Of a DNA stretch of 55,579 bases, positions 29,930-39,692 are shown one piece after another (position 1 is the stretch's first letter; each line of letters opens with the position of its first letter). Below the pieces are notes generated by a model. It worked only from the letters and a program-made list of their open reading frames with translations. It searched no databases and was not told where the DNA came from. Source of the stretch: Streptomyces sp. (GTDB lineage: Bacteria; Actinomycetota; Actinomycetes; Streptomycetales; Streptomycetaceae); contig NZ_DATMVN010000785.1 of NCBI RefSeq assembly GCF_035563135.1, positions 1-55,579 on the forward strand. The letters run 5' to 3'. The translations under genes were made by a program, and so were the position numbers.

Positions 29930-29938
29930 GGCGGCACG

Positions 29939-32900
29939 TCAATGGTTGACGTGGCCGCCGTCCATGGGGCGCCCCGCTGTCATCAGGTACTTCAGGTCCC
30001 GGGCGTACTTGGTGACGAGGTCGCGCGTGAGGCTCGGGATGTCCCCGTGCCCGGCGATGGCGCCGGCCCGGACGGCGGCGCGGAACCGGTCGGAGGGGAT
30101 GACGGATCCGGGTACCGGGTCCTCGGGCTCCTTGAAGCCGTGCCGGATGGGAAGCGCCGCGTACTGCCGTTGTGCCTCGGGCAGGGCGCGCATCGCCGCC
30201 TCGAACCGCAGGTACCACTCGGCGTAGTCGTCCACCCGCTCGATGGCGTGGCCGTCCTGCGCGAGCCAGTCGACGATGGCGTCGAGGGAGACGCCGTCGT
30301 CGTTGGGGTTCACAAGGCTGAACGTCCGGTAGCCGGACGGGACTTCAGAGGTGCCGCAGCCCCCCAGCGCCACCACGGCGGCGGCGGTGAAGTCGACCGG
30401 CAGGCCGTCGTAGTGGGCGCGTTCGCCGTCCGCACGGTAGAAGCTGCGCGGCGCGACCCCGGTGGCGAGCACGCTGAACAGGAGGCGGCTGAACACATCG
30501 GTGACGTTGAACTGCCCGCCGTACCGGGTGTGCGCGAGGACCATGCTGGACCGGAAGGTCGTGACCGGCAGTCCGCACAGGTCGTGCGCCTCCCGCAGCA
30601 GCACTTCACCGGCCCATTTACTGGTCGCGTACCCGTTGGCGTAGCCATCGTCGACGTTCAGGACCGGTATGGCGACGCGGACGTCGGTGTCCTCGTCGAG
30701 GGCCGGACGGCAGGAGTCGGCGACCCCGACGCTGGAGATGTAGGTGATCGGCTTCGTCCGGCGGGTGAGGGCCAGCCGGACGAGTTCGGCGGTGCCGACG
30801 ACGTTGGCGTCGAAGAGGTGCGGGTACGGCAGGAGGTGGTTCACCACCGCACCGGCGTGGACGATCAGGTCGACCTCGTCGGCCAGCCGGTCCCAGGCCG
30901 CCTCGTCCAGGCCGAGCCGCGGTTCCGCCATGTCACCCGCCACGACTTCGAGATGGACCGCGGCCAGTTCCTCGTACGTCCGCACCAGCTCCGGGTCGCC
31001 GCTGTCGAAGGCCGCGTCCAGCCGCTGCCGGGCCGCGGGGGCGTCCTTGCCGCGCACCAGGGCGATCAGCCGGCCGCCGGCGGGCGCCAGGGTGCGCAGC
31101 CATTCCAGGGCGAGGAAGCGGCCGAGGTAGCCGTTCGCGCCGGTCAGCAGCACGGTGCGCGGCTCCCGCTCGGCGCGGGGCAGCGCGGGGGCGTCGGCGA
31201 GGAGGTCTGCGTCGAGGAACTTGTCAAGGGTGAGGTCCTGCGCGTGGACCTCGGTCACGCCCTCGCCGTGCACCGAGGCGAAGGCGGGCCGCCGCACGGC
31301 CGTGACCCGGCCAGAAAGGCGCCCGGCGCCCTCGCCTCCTTCCTTGAACTCCACGATGCGGATCGTCATCTCCTTGAGCGTGACCGGTTCCAGGAACAGC
31401 TGGATCGGTACGTCGATGTCCAGCTCGTCGCGGAGTCGTCCGGCCAGATGCACGGACGTCAGCGAGTCGCCGCCCGCCTCGAGGTACGTCTTCTCCAGAC
31501 CGGCGGGTCCGTCGAGATCCAGCGCCTCGAACACCAACTCGGCGACCCTGTCCTCCAGTTCGCTCCCCAGTGTCGGCGCCGTACCTTCGGCCGGCGCCTG
31601 AGCGCCCGGGCCGCGCAGCGTCAGGGCACCGTAGCTCTCGCCGGCGAACGGGTACGACGGGAGCCGTACCCGGCGCACCTCGCCGTCGAGCGTCGGCCAG
31701 GTCACCTCCTCGCCGCGCAGCCACGCCTCCCCCGACGGTTCCCGCACCGGATCCGGGTGGCCCTCGGCCAGTGCCATGAGCTTGTCCGACGCGTCCTGCA
31801 CGCCGGCGGCGACCACGTAGGCACGCACGGGCATCCCGACCCGGCCGGTGCGCAGGGTGTGCGCGACATCGGCGAGGGCGGGGGCGTCGGCCTCGTGCAG
31901 ACGTGCCGCCAACCGCGACGCCACGAGAGCGAGTTGATGCTCGGTGCGGGCCGAAACCGGCAGGACCGTCGGGCGGGCGTCGGCCTTCGCGCGCGGCTCG
32001 CGTGCCGGTGCCTCCTGCACCACCACGTGCACGTTCGTGCCGCCCATGCCGACCGACGTCACGCCGGCCAGCCGGGGCAGGCCCGGCCTGCGCGGCCAGT
32101 GTCGGGTCTCGGTCACCAGCCGCAGCGGCGAGTCCTGCAGGGCGGCGACCGGGCTCGTGACGTTCACCGTCGGGGCCAGGGTGGCGTGCTCCAGCATCAG
32201 GACCGTCTTGATCAGCGCCGCCACACCGGCCGCCGTGTCGGCGTGCCCGATGTTCGACTTCACCGAACCGAGCGCGATGCCTGCGCCGCCGTCGAGGCCG
32301 GCTCGGGCGGTGAACGCCGCGCTCGCCGCCGCCAGCTCGATCCGGTCTCCCAGCTCGGTCCCGGTCCCGTGCGCCTCCACGTACTGCGCCACCGACGGCT
32401 CCAGCCCCGCCGCTTTCCACGCCTCGGCGATCGCGGCCGTCTGCCGGTCCACGCCCGGAGCGGTGAAGCCGACCTTGTCGGCCCCGTCGTTGGTGACGGC
32501 CGTGCCCCGGATCACCGCGCGCACCGGGTCACCGTCGGCGAGCGCGTCCTCCAGCCGCCGCAGCACCAGCACGCCCACCCCGCTGCCCGGCACCGTGCCG
32601 GCCGCCTTCTCGTCGAAGGGGCGGCAGAGGCCGTCGGGGGAGGAGGTCCCGCCCTGGTAGTAGACATAACCCTCCTTGCGCACGGTGCCGATGGCGACGC
32701 CGCCCGCGAGTGCGGTGTCGCACTCGCCGAGCAACAGGGCCTGGACGGCAAGATGGACCGCCGTCAGCGAGGTCGAACAGGCCGTCTGGACCATCATGCT
32801 CGGCCCGTCCAGGCCGAGCCGGTAGGAGATCCAGGGCGCCAGGAACTCGCGGTCGGTGAGGATACGCATCTGGATCGCGCCGATCGACGCGGCGAGCGCC

Positions 32901-33328
32901 GGGTCCGTCTCGGCGGCCAGCGCGTGGTCCGTCGAGCTGCCGCCCATGTAGACGCCGGTGCGGGGCGGTGCGTTCAGCGGGGCGTACCCGGCGTCCTCCA
33001 GCGCCGACCAGGCGGTCTCCAGGAGCACCCGGTGCTGCGGGTCCAAGGCGGCCGCCTCGGTGCGGTTGAAGCCGAAGAGCTCGGCCTCGAAGCGGTCCGC
33101 GTCAGCGAGATGCCCCTGCACCGGGACGAACGCGGGATTGCGCAGCTCGGCCGGGTCCGCCCCGTCGGCGAGCAGTTCCTTCTCGGTGAACTCGGACAGC
33201 GAGCAGACGCCGTCGCGCAGGTTGGCCCAGTAGGCGTCGAGGTCGGGGGCGCCGGGGAAGCGTCCGCTCATCCCCACGACGGCCACCGCTTGCTCAAGGT
33301 CGTGCTGTGCGGCTTCCTCGGTCGTCAT
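29939..33328 (-). CDS. AT-less PKS module: KS-ACP-thioester reductase (CAR-type R domain)
   Basis: KS triad QTACSTS / EAHGTGT / KSNIGH; no GHSxG AT domain before LPSYPF; ACP GGDSL; R domain LLTGANGYLG, GYATSKWAGE. Confidence 0.92.
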   Translation of the reverse strand: MTTEEAAQHDLEQAVAVVGMSGRFPGAPDLDAYWANLRDGVCSLSEFTEKELLADGADPAELRNPAFVPVQGHLADADRFEAELFGFNRTEAAALDPQHRVLLETAWSALEDAGYAPLNAPPRTGVYMGGSSTDHALAAETDPALAASIGAIQMRILTDREFLAPWISYRLGLDGPSMMVQTACSTSLTAVHLAVQALLLGECDTALAGGVAIGTVRKEGYVYYQGGTSSPDGLCRPFDEKAAGTVPGSGVGVLVLRRLEDALADGDPVRAVIRGTAVTNDGADKVGFTAPGVDRQTAAIAEAWKAAGLEPSVAQYVEAHGTGTELGDRIELAAASAAFTARAGLDGGAGIALGSVKSNIGHADTAAGVAALIKTVLMLEHATLAPTVNVTSPVAALQDSPLRLVTETRHWPRRPGLPRLAGVTSVGMGGTNVHVVVQEAPAREPRAKADARPTVLPVSARTEHQLALVASRLAARLHEADAPALADVAHTLRTGRVGMPVRAYVVAAGVQDASDKLMALAEGHPDPVREPSGEAWLRGEEVTWPTLDGEVRRVRLPSYPFAGESYGALTLRGPGAQAPAEGTAPTLGSELEDRVAELVFEALDLDGPAGLEKTYLEAGGDSLTSVHLAGRLRDELDIDVPIQLFLEPVTLKEMTIRIVEFKEGGEGAGRLSGRVTAVRRPAFASVHGEGVTEVHAQDLTLDKFLDADLLADAPALPRAEREPRTVLLTGANGYLGRFLALEWLRTLAPAGGRLIALVRGKDAPAARQRLDAAFDSGDPELVRTYEELAAVHLEVVAGDMAEPRLGLDEAAWDRLADEVDLIVHAGAVVNHLLPYPHLFDANVVGTAELVRLALTRRTKPITYISSVGVADSCRPALDEDTDVRVAIPVLNVDDGYANGYATSKWAGEVLLREAHDLCGLPVTTFRSSMVLAHTRYGGQFNVTDVFSRLLFSVLATGVAPRSFYRADGERAHYDGLPVDFTAAAVVALGGCGTSEVPSGYRTFSLVNPNDDGVSLDAIVDWLAQDGHAIERVDDYAEWYLRFEAAMRALPEAQRQYAALPIRHGFKEPEDPVPGSVIPSDRFRAAVRAGAIAGHGDIPSLTRDLVTKYARDLKYLMTAGRPMDGGHVNH

Positions 33329-33992
33329 CGCGTCGTGCCCTTCCTGGAACGGAGTTTGTGCGGGGCGGCCCGGCGGTCGCCGCCGCGCCGGGCCGCCTCC
33401 TGCTCGGCCGTCTGGTCGAGACGGGCAGCCACGGCGGCCGCCGTCGGGTGCCGGAACAGGTTGGTCAGGGTGATGAGGTCCTGGTGCTCCGGGTGTTTCT
33501 GGAGCGCCGCGAGGACGGCCGGCAGCCGTAGCGAATTGCCGCCCGAGTCGAAGAAGTTGTCGTGGACGCCGACCCGGTCCAGGGTCAGCTGCTGCTGCCG
33601 CACCCGGGCCACGCGCCGCTCGGCCGCGCTGTCCGGGGCGGTGTACGACCGGCTCGGCTCGGGGCGCGAGGAGGGGGGATCGGGCAGCGCCGTATCGTCC
33701 ACCTTCCCATTCGTCGTCATGGGCATGCGGTCGAGGACAACGATGGCCGACGGTATCAAGTGCGCGGGCACGGTCAAATTCCTATTCTCTCTATTGACCT
33801 GCATGAGACGAGTCCTTCCGGCTGGTTTCCTTGACGTTGAGAATTTTCCGGATCAGAGCGTATGGATCCCGGGAAGATTGCCCCCACTCCTTGAACACGG
33901 AGGCCGATTTGCCTGGACATGGGAGGCAGATCCCGATGGCCGGCACCGCCAGGCACGAGGTCGTGCCGGAACCAGGTCAACTCCATCGTCAC
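33325..33992 (-). pseudogene. Collapsed NRPS gene: short N-terminal stub plus A-subdomain end and PCP
   Basis: GTGA-coupled start at 33992 and ATGA-coupled end at 33325; PAHLIPSAIVVLDRMPMTTNGKVD and NFFDSGGNSL remain; the frame is broken near 33780. Confidence 0.75.
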
Positions 33993-35893
33993 CGCCGTTC
34001 CCCTGCCTCCAAGCGCTGGCGCCGTGCTTGCAGCACGCGAGAGCGCCTGGCCGATGCCGCTTGCCCGGCCACAGCCGAATCATCGTCCGAGGGCACGCCG
34101 TCACGGATCAGCGTTGCCTGCGCCGCCACCGTGGTGTGCGAGAACAGAGCAACAACCGAGAGCCGCACCCCCGTATGCCGCTCAAGGGCGTTCTGAAGCT
34201 CAAAGAGCTTGACCGAGTGGCCGCCCAGATCGAAGAAATTCACTTCGATCGGAACGCCTTTCCGCTTCAGTACCTCGGCCCACGCGGCGGACACTCGTCC
34301 AGTCGTGTCGTTCGTGGAGACGGCGGCTACATCCTCTGTCCGGGAGTCCAGACAGGTTTCTGCCAGAGTGCTGAGGCGTTTTCGGTCGATTTTGCCGTTG
34401 ACAGTCACAGGAAACCGATCGAGCACGTGAATCCAGTTCGGAACCATGGCTTGCGGCAGCCTGCGGGCCACGTGCTCGCGGATTAGGTCTGGAGAAAGGT
34501 CAGGAGGCGACAGGACGAACCCGACAAGCTGGGTCCGCTCCGCGTTCGTCACCGCGACGGCGTCGCTGACCCCTGGTGCAGTACGCAGATGAGCCTCGAC
34601 TGCGCCGAGCTCTATCCGATGGCCACGGATCTTGACTTGTTGATCGCGGCGGCCGAGGAATTCCAACTCACCATCGTCGTTCCACAGGGCGAGGTCCCCC
34701 GTGCGGTACATCTTGGCGCCCTCGACGTCGGTGAAAGGGTCGCCGATGAAAGCCTGGGCAGTCGCTTCAGGGCGGCCGAAGTATCCTCGCGCTACCCCTG
34801 TGCCGCCGATGAACAACTCGCCGCTTACACCGCGTGGGACCGGCTCCAGCTCCTCATTCAGCAGGTATAGGCGGACACCAGGCACCGGCCCGCCGATGGA
34901 TATCGGTCCAGGGGCCTCGTAACGGCGGAAGCTAGCCCATACAGTGGCCTCGGTCGGGCCGTACTCATTGACCAGGGCGACTGTGCGGCCGAGCAAGGCG
35001 AAATGGCGTTCCATCAATGCCTCAGCCAGCGACTCGCCGGCCACGATCACCGTATCCAGCGCATCCAGCCGCCTGCCCTGCCGTTCCGCCGCGTCCAGCA
35101 GTGCGCTGTAGAGGAGCGGTACACAGAGCAGCCGGGTCACCTGCCAGCGTTCCACCAGGTGGGCCAGCCGCTCAGGATCGCGGATTTCATCGGATGCAGC
35201 TACGACTAAGCATCCCCCCGCGGTCAAGGTCCCCCACACCCCGGCAACCGAGGAATCGAAGGCCAAGGGGGACACAAGCAAAAAGACTGGAGCGCCGGGA
35301 TACACCCTGCGGCGTGCCCAAGTGGAAGCGGACAGCTGACTGTGCTCGACCAGGACGCCTTTGGGCTCGCCGGTGCTGCCCGAGGTGTAGAGGAGGTAAG
35401 CGGCGTCATTGGGTGTCACCGCGACTGCTGCCGCAGTGGTCTCTTCTTCTTCTCGGGCGTCCTCCGCTCGAATGACCGGGCATGTGAGCGTGGGCAGTCG
35501 GGCAGACGTGCCGTCCGCGACGATCACGGCAGACACGCCCGCGTCAGCGAACACATCAGCGATCCGCTGATCAGGGTGGGCCGGGTCTGCCGGGACGTAC
35601 GCGGCACCGGCGTACAGGATTCCGAGCACGGCGGCAATCATCGCGTTCGAAGGTTCAACGAGCACACCGATTCGCTCGCCTCTGCCCGCACCTGCCGCAC
35701 AGACAGACGCTGCGATGTGCCTGGCCCAAGCGTCGAGCTCGCCGTAGGTCAGCTCGGTGCCCCTGCTCCGAACGGCGACCCTCAGCGGATCACTGCCGGC
35801 TATCCGGGCCACGACCGCGTGGACCGGGCTGAGCTCCTCGTGTGGAGCGTTCGACACAAAGTTTTGTTCTGGCAAGGTCATCAAAATTCCCAC
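33989..35893 (-). CDS. Stand-alone NRPS A-PCP didomain (predicted His)
   Basis: YTSGSTGEPKG, NEYGPTE, YRTGDL, NGKIDR, PCP GGHSV; manual code DSALIAEVW. Start may be the ATG at 35881. Confidence 0.9.
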   Translation of the reverse strand: MGILMTLPEQNFVSNAPHEELSPVHAVVARIAGSDPLRVAVRSRGTELTYGELDAWARHIAASVCAAGAGRGERIGVLVEPSNAMIAAVLGILYAGAAYVPADPAHPDQRIADVFADAGVSAVIVADGTSARLPTLTCPVIRAEDAREEEETTAAAVAVTPNDAAYLLYTSGSTGEPKGVLVEHSQLSASTWARRRVYPGAPVFLLVSPLAFDSSVAGVWGTLTAGGCLVVAASDEIRDPERLAHLVERWQVTRLLCVPLLYSALLDAAERQGRRLDALDTVIVAGESLAEALMERHFALLGRTVALVNEYGPTEATVWASFRRYEAPGPISIGGPVPGVRLYLLNEELEPVPRGVSGELFIGGTGVARGYFGRPEATAQAFIGDPFTDVEGAKMYRTGDLALWNDDGELEFLGRRDQQVKIRGHRIELGAVEAHLRTAPGVSDAVAVTNAERTQLVGFVLSPPDLSPDLIREHVARRLPQAMVPNWIHVLDRFPVTVNGKIDRKRLSTLAETCLDSRTEDVAAVSTNDTTGRVSAAWAEVLKRKGVPIEVNFFDLGGHSVKLFELQNALERHTGVRLSVVALFSHTTVAAQATLIRDGVPSDDDSAVAGQAASARRSRVLQARRQRLEAGERR

Positions 35894-35894
35894 A

Positions 35895-36170
35895 CTAATT
35901 CTCGGCTGATGCTGCTCGGTTCATGGCGTGCCAACAGGCCAAGGACGACCTCGGCTTGCTGCCCCAGCGTGCGGTCGGCCAGCATCGCCCGGGCGGGGGT
36001 CTGAACGCTGAGACGCTGGTCGAGCTGGCGGGTAAGAAATGTGATCAGCAGTGAATCTCCCCCCCGGCTCGAAGAATTCGGAGTCGTCACGGAGATCGGC
36101 GTGTCCAAGCAGTTCAGTCCACAACCCGGCTAGCGATGCCAGCGGATCAGGGACTACCGGTATCAACTCG
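35895..36170 (-). pseudogene. Stand-alone carrier protein, frameshifted in a G7 run
   Basis: LAGLWTELLGHADLRDDSEFFE in one frame, GGDSLLITFLTRQL...RTLGQQA in another. Confidence 0.75.
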
Positions 36171-36494
36171 CGAAAACAGACTGCATTCCTACGGACAGGA
36201 GCGGTGGGCGAACATGAGTAGTACACGCTCATCGGTCGGTCACTGAACTCCGCTCAGACAGGAGAGGATTCACTCTGGCATCCGTTCACCCCAGCGTCAA
36301 TGCCGCAAGAAGGGCCGGCGAGGCGGCGCGCAATATATGTCCAGAAGAGCGCAATAGCTGTCAACCGTGCTTTGCTGGCGGCGCTTGACGTCAGCTCGCG
36401 GGCATTGCTAGCCTATTTCGATATTCTGTCACCGGAGCGGTGTTTGATTCCCGTATGTTGTTCATAATCCGGCGAGCCACAAAGGAAGGATTCG

Positions 36495-37259
36495 GTGCGC
36501 GAGCAAGAAGATCAAAAATCTCAACCATATCGCGAAGATATGGACGGACTGGAGAGCTGGCAGGGGCTGTTGCATGAGTTCTTTACCCAGTCCAACTCCC
36601 AGAACGCACGGATACAGGCACTGAGGGAGTCCTTCGACCGCACTGCCACCGCTCGTCGGAACAGCACGGCCGACGACTTCTTCAGCCAGATGATCAGTCC
36701 CCGACTCCGGTCAGCCGACTACACCGAGGACGAAGTCTTCGCCAACCTCCTGCTGCTCATCGACGCGGGGCAGGCGACTACCACACACCTGATCGGGAAC
36801 GCGGCCCTCGCACTGTTGAACAACGACGAGCAGACTCGGCGGCTGCGCAGAGATCCTGAGCTGATTACGCCCGCCACACACGAACTGATGAGATACGACA
36901 GTTCGGTCCAGTTCACCACTCGGAAGGCGCTCGCTGACATCGACCTCGGTGAGCACCTGATCCGAGCTGGCCAGTCGGTGACCCTGGTTCTTGGTTCAGG
37001 GAATCGTGACCCCCGCCGCTACACCGACCCTGACATATTGGATGTCTCCCGACCGGCTGCTGACCACCTGTCGTTCGGGCACGGCATCCACTACTGCCTG
37101 GGCGCCTCACTAGCTCTCACCGAGATCGACGTCGCGCTGCGGGCGCTGCTGTGTCGGACCACCAACTGGAAGTGCGAGGTGGCGCAGCCCGAGTGGCTCG
37201 AAAGCATAAACTTCCGCTTCCTTGCATCCCTTCCGGTCGCTTTTGAGGCAATCGCCTGA
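36495..37259 (+). pseudogene. P450 lacking most of its N-terminal half
   Basis: 254 aa only; DAGQATTT, ELMR, GNRDP, FGHGIHYCLG present; RBS retained. Confidence 0.75.
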
Positions 37260-37299
37260 ATGTGGCATTCGTCTCGGCCGGAGGGGAGCTCCTTGGGAC

Positions 37300-37695
37300 A
37301 TGATGTCGGCGCATTACCGCTGCCGGAGCAGCAGCTCACGTTGGTCCGGAGTTGTGAGCCGGGCGACAGCGGGCCGACCCGTAACGCCGTCGGACGGTTG
37401 ACCTGCGGGCTGCCTCTGAGAAGAGAGCATTCTCTCCGCGCCCTCTCCGCCGTTCTTGCCGCGCACCCGGTGTTGCGCAGTTCGTTCGAGTTGCCGGCCG
37501 AGCCGGCCCCTGAGCAGGTGTTCCACCGTGAGGTGGTGTGCAGCCCGGCATCGTCGACCTTCGCATGATCGCGGACGCCGACGCCCGGGGCGCGTTCTTG
37601 AGGATGCCGTGCAGCAACTGGCGGACCACCCGTTCGACCTCGGTCGGGCACCGTTGCTGCGCACAGCGGCTTTCCAACTGGACGACGGCGGTCGT
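37300..37695 (+). pseudogene. Condensation-domain fragment
   Basis: ALSAVLAAHPVLRSSF and PFDLGRAPLLRTAAFQL in different frames; ends before HHxxxDG. Confidence 0.7.
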
Positions 37696-37789
37696 TCGTC
37701 AAATCCGGCGATGGTGTGGTTTGGCGGCAGGTCAGGCTGGTCGTAGGTCGGTGGTAGGAGTCAACTGGCTTGGTGGTGGCTGACGTTGA

Positions 37790-38190
37790 CCGCTCGCCGT
37801 CCGTGTCCGCCTGCGCGGGGCCGTTGGAGGAGTGCGCGGCCCGGTTCGGTGACCTCTTCTTCAGCCTGGCCCAGCGGCGGGGATTTCGTGAGTACCTGAC
37901 CGGGCTGCCGGCGCCGCGGGAGCGGGACCGGGCGATCACCTGCTTGGAAGGGGCGGAGCCGGTCGCCGGCGCGGGGATGCCCGGGAGTGCAGTTCTTCTT
38001 GTCCGAGTCGCCCTGGGAGGCCGAGCAGGTCAACGACCGGCGGCTTGAACTGCCGCGCAAGCAGCCTACAACTGCACGCACAGCCGTATACGCCCGCCCA
38101 CCATTCGCCCGCGGCCGGTCCGACCCGGCCTTCCGCACCAAGCCGCAACCGTCCGCCACCCTCGCGGCCCGGGCCGACAGCCCTGCGGTG
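37790..38190 (+). mobile_element. IS701-family transposase remnant
   Basis: GPLEECAARFGDLF, QRRGFREYLTGL, QFFLSESPW, DPAFRTKPQ; frameshifted and internally deleted. Confidence 0.78.
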
Positions 38191-38550
38191 CCGCCCTGAC
38201 CTGCAACACCACTTGAAGAACGGTGGTGTCTGGAGCGTGCCTCTCACCACGCTACGGAAGCCCTCTTTTTCCTCGATGCCGGTGATCGGCAGATGGGGCA
38301 CCCGACTCATCGACGCATGGGCAGCAACACAGATCCCGCAGCGGGCAATATCTGTCAACTGCCCAGATCGGAGAGGACATACATTGCTCCACAGAAGACC
38401 TCACACCCTCGATCCGGGAGTTTGAGGAATCACAGTCATTGGACCAGAAACGCGAGATCAGCATCTCTGGCGGACTGAATCTACTTACCTCTTGTGATCT
38501 CTGTATGGGGTCGCGGTTCTGGGGTCGCTCGGATAAGGTTCTGGAGAACG

Positions 38551-39669
38551 ATGAATTTTGACGGGGCATTGCTCGAAGACTGGATGCGCGACCACTACCA
38601 TGACGCTGCGATAGACATAGGGTCGAGTGGGGTTCTTGACTACTCGTTCGAACAGGTGCGACAACTCGCCGGCATCGAGCCCGGTGATTTGGACCAGATC
38701 GTTTTCCGGGACAGTCCGTGCCTGGGCCGGGACGACCTGCGCGAGGCTGTCGCCTCGCGCTGGGGGGACGGTGACGCGCGCAGGGTGATGCTTACGCACG
38801 GCGGCAGCGAGGCTATCTACGTCGCGCTCCAGACCCTCCTTGAGCCAGGTGACCAAGTCGTCGCCCTGCACCCGGCTTACCACTCGCACGTATCCGTCGC
38901 AGAGTCCATGGGGTGCGAAGTTCTGCGCTGGCGGCTGCGCGAGGAGGACAAATTCCGGCCTGACGTGGAGGAACTTGCGAGGCTCGTCACTGCGCGCACA
39001 AAGGTTATTGTGGTCAACTTTCCGCACAACCCGACCGGCGCGACGCTCGACCCTGCTGGTTTCCGTCGCCTGCTTGAGATTGCTGACAATGTTGGTGCCT
39101 ATCTCCTGTGGGACGGCGCTTTCACGGACCTGGTCTACGATGAAGCACCGCTGCCGGACCCCGGACTGACCTATCCGCGCGCTGTGTCGATCGGAACCTT
39201 TTCAAAAGCTTTTGGTCTACCCGGCATGCGTTTCGGATGGTGCATGGCCGACCCGGAGCTTCTGCGGGCGATGACCAACCTGCGCGACCGCATCACCCTC
39301 AGCCTCTCTCCGCTGATCGAGTTCATTGCGCTGCGCGTCGTGCGCCGTGCAGAAGCCTTCATCGCTCCCAAGCTGAAGAACGCCACAGAGAACCGGCGTC
39401 TGTTGGCCGACTGGGCCGCGCGGCACGAGGATCGTGTCGACCTCCCGCTGCCCCTCGGCGGAGTGACAGCATTCCCGCAACTGCGCCCGTGGCGGGACAC
39501 GACCGAGCTTTGCCGTCGGCTGGGAGAGACCAGCAACATACTGCTCGTCCCCGGCCGGGCATTCGACCACCCGTGCCGCGTCCGGCTCGGTTTTGGCGGC
39601 GATCGCAGCCAGCTGAGCAAGGGTCTGGACATTTTGGGCGCTGAGTTCGCCGCGAGCGCCCAACCGTGA
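38551..39669 (+). CDS. VioD/CmnD-like PLP-dependent capreomycidine synthase
   Basis: LLEDWMRDHY...DIGSSGV N-terminus, NFPHNPTG, WDGAF, PLP Lys in TFSKAFGLPGMRFGW; directly upstream of a VioC homologue. Confidence 0.82.
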   Translation: MNFDGALLEDWMRDHYHDAAIDIGSSGVLDYSFEQVRQLAGIEPGDLDQIVFRDSPCLGRDDLREAVASRWGDGDARRVMLTHGGSEAIYVALQTLLEPGDQVVALHPAYHSHVSVAESMGCEVLRWRLREEDKFRPDVEELARLVTARTKVIVVNFPHNPTGATLDPAGFRRLLEIADNVGAYLLWDGAFTDLVYDEAPLPDPGLTYPRAVSIGTFSKAFGLPGMRFGWCMADPELLRAMTNLRDRITLSLSPLIEFIALRVVRRAEAFIAPKLKNATENRRLLADWAARHEDRVDLPLPLGGVTAFPQLRPWRDTTELCRRLGETSNILLVPGRAFDHPCRVRLGFGGDRSQLSKGLDILGAEFAASAQP

Positions 39670-39692
39670 GGCAGAAAGGAACGCTGAAGAAC

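Noticed and set aside
29942-34486. 1514-aa plus-strand ORF, and similar long ORFs such as 2815-5178(-), 9341-11800(-) and 14510-16234(-)
   Set aside because: They are antisense shadows of motif-bearing genes, expected in high-GC3 DNA, and have no recognisable domains.
36235-36494. SARP-type heptamer repeats in the divergent promoter region
   Set aside because: A few gtcaa/gtcag words occur but without regular 11- or 22-bp spacing, and no SARP gene is in the window.
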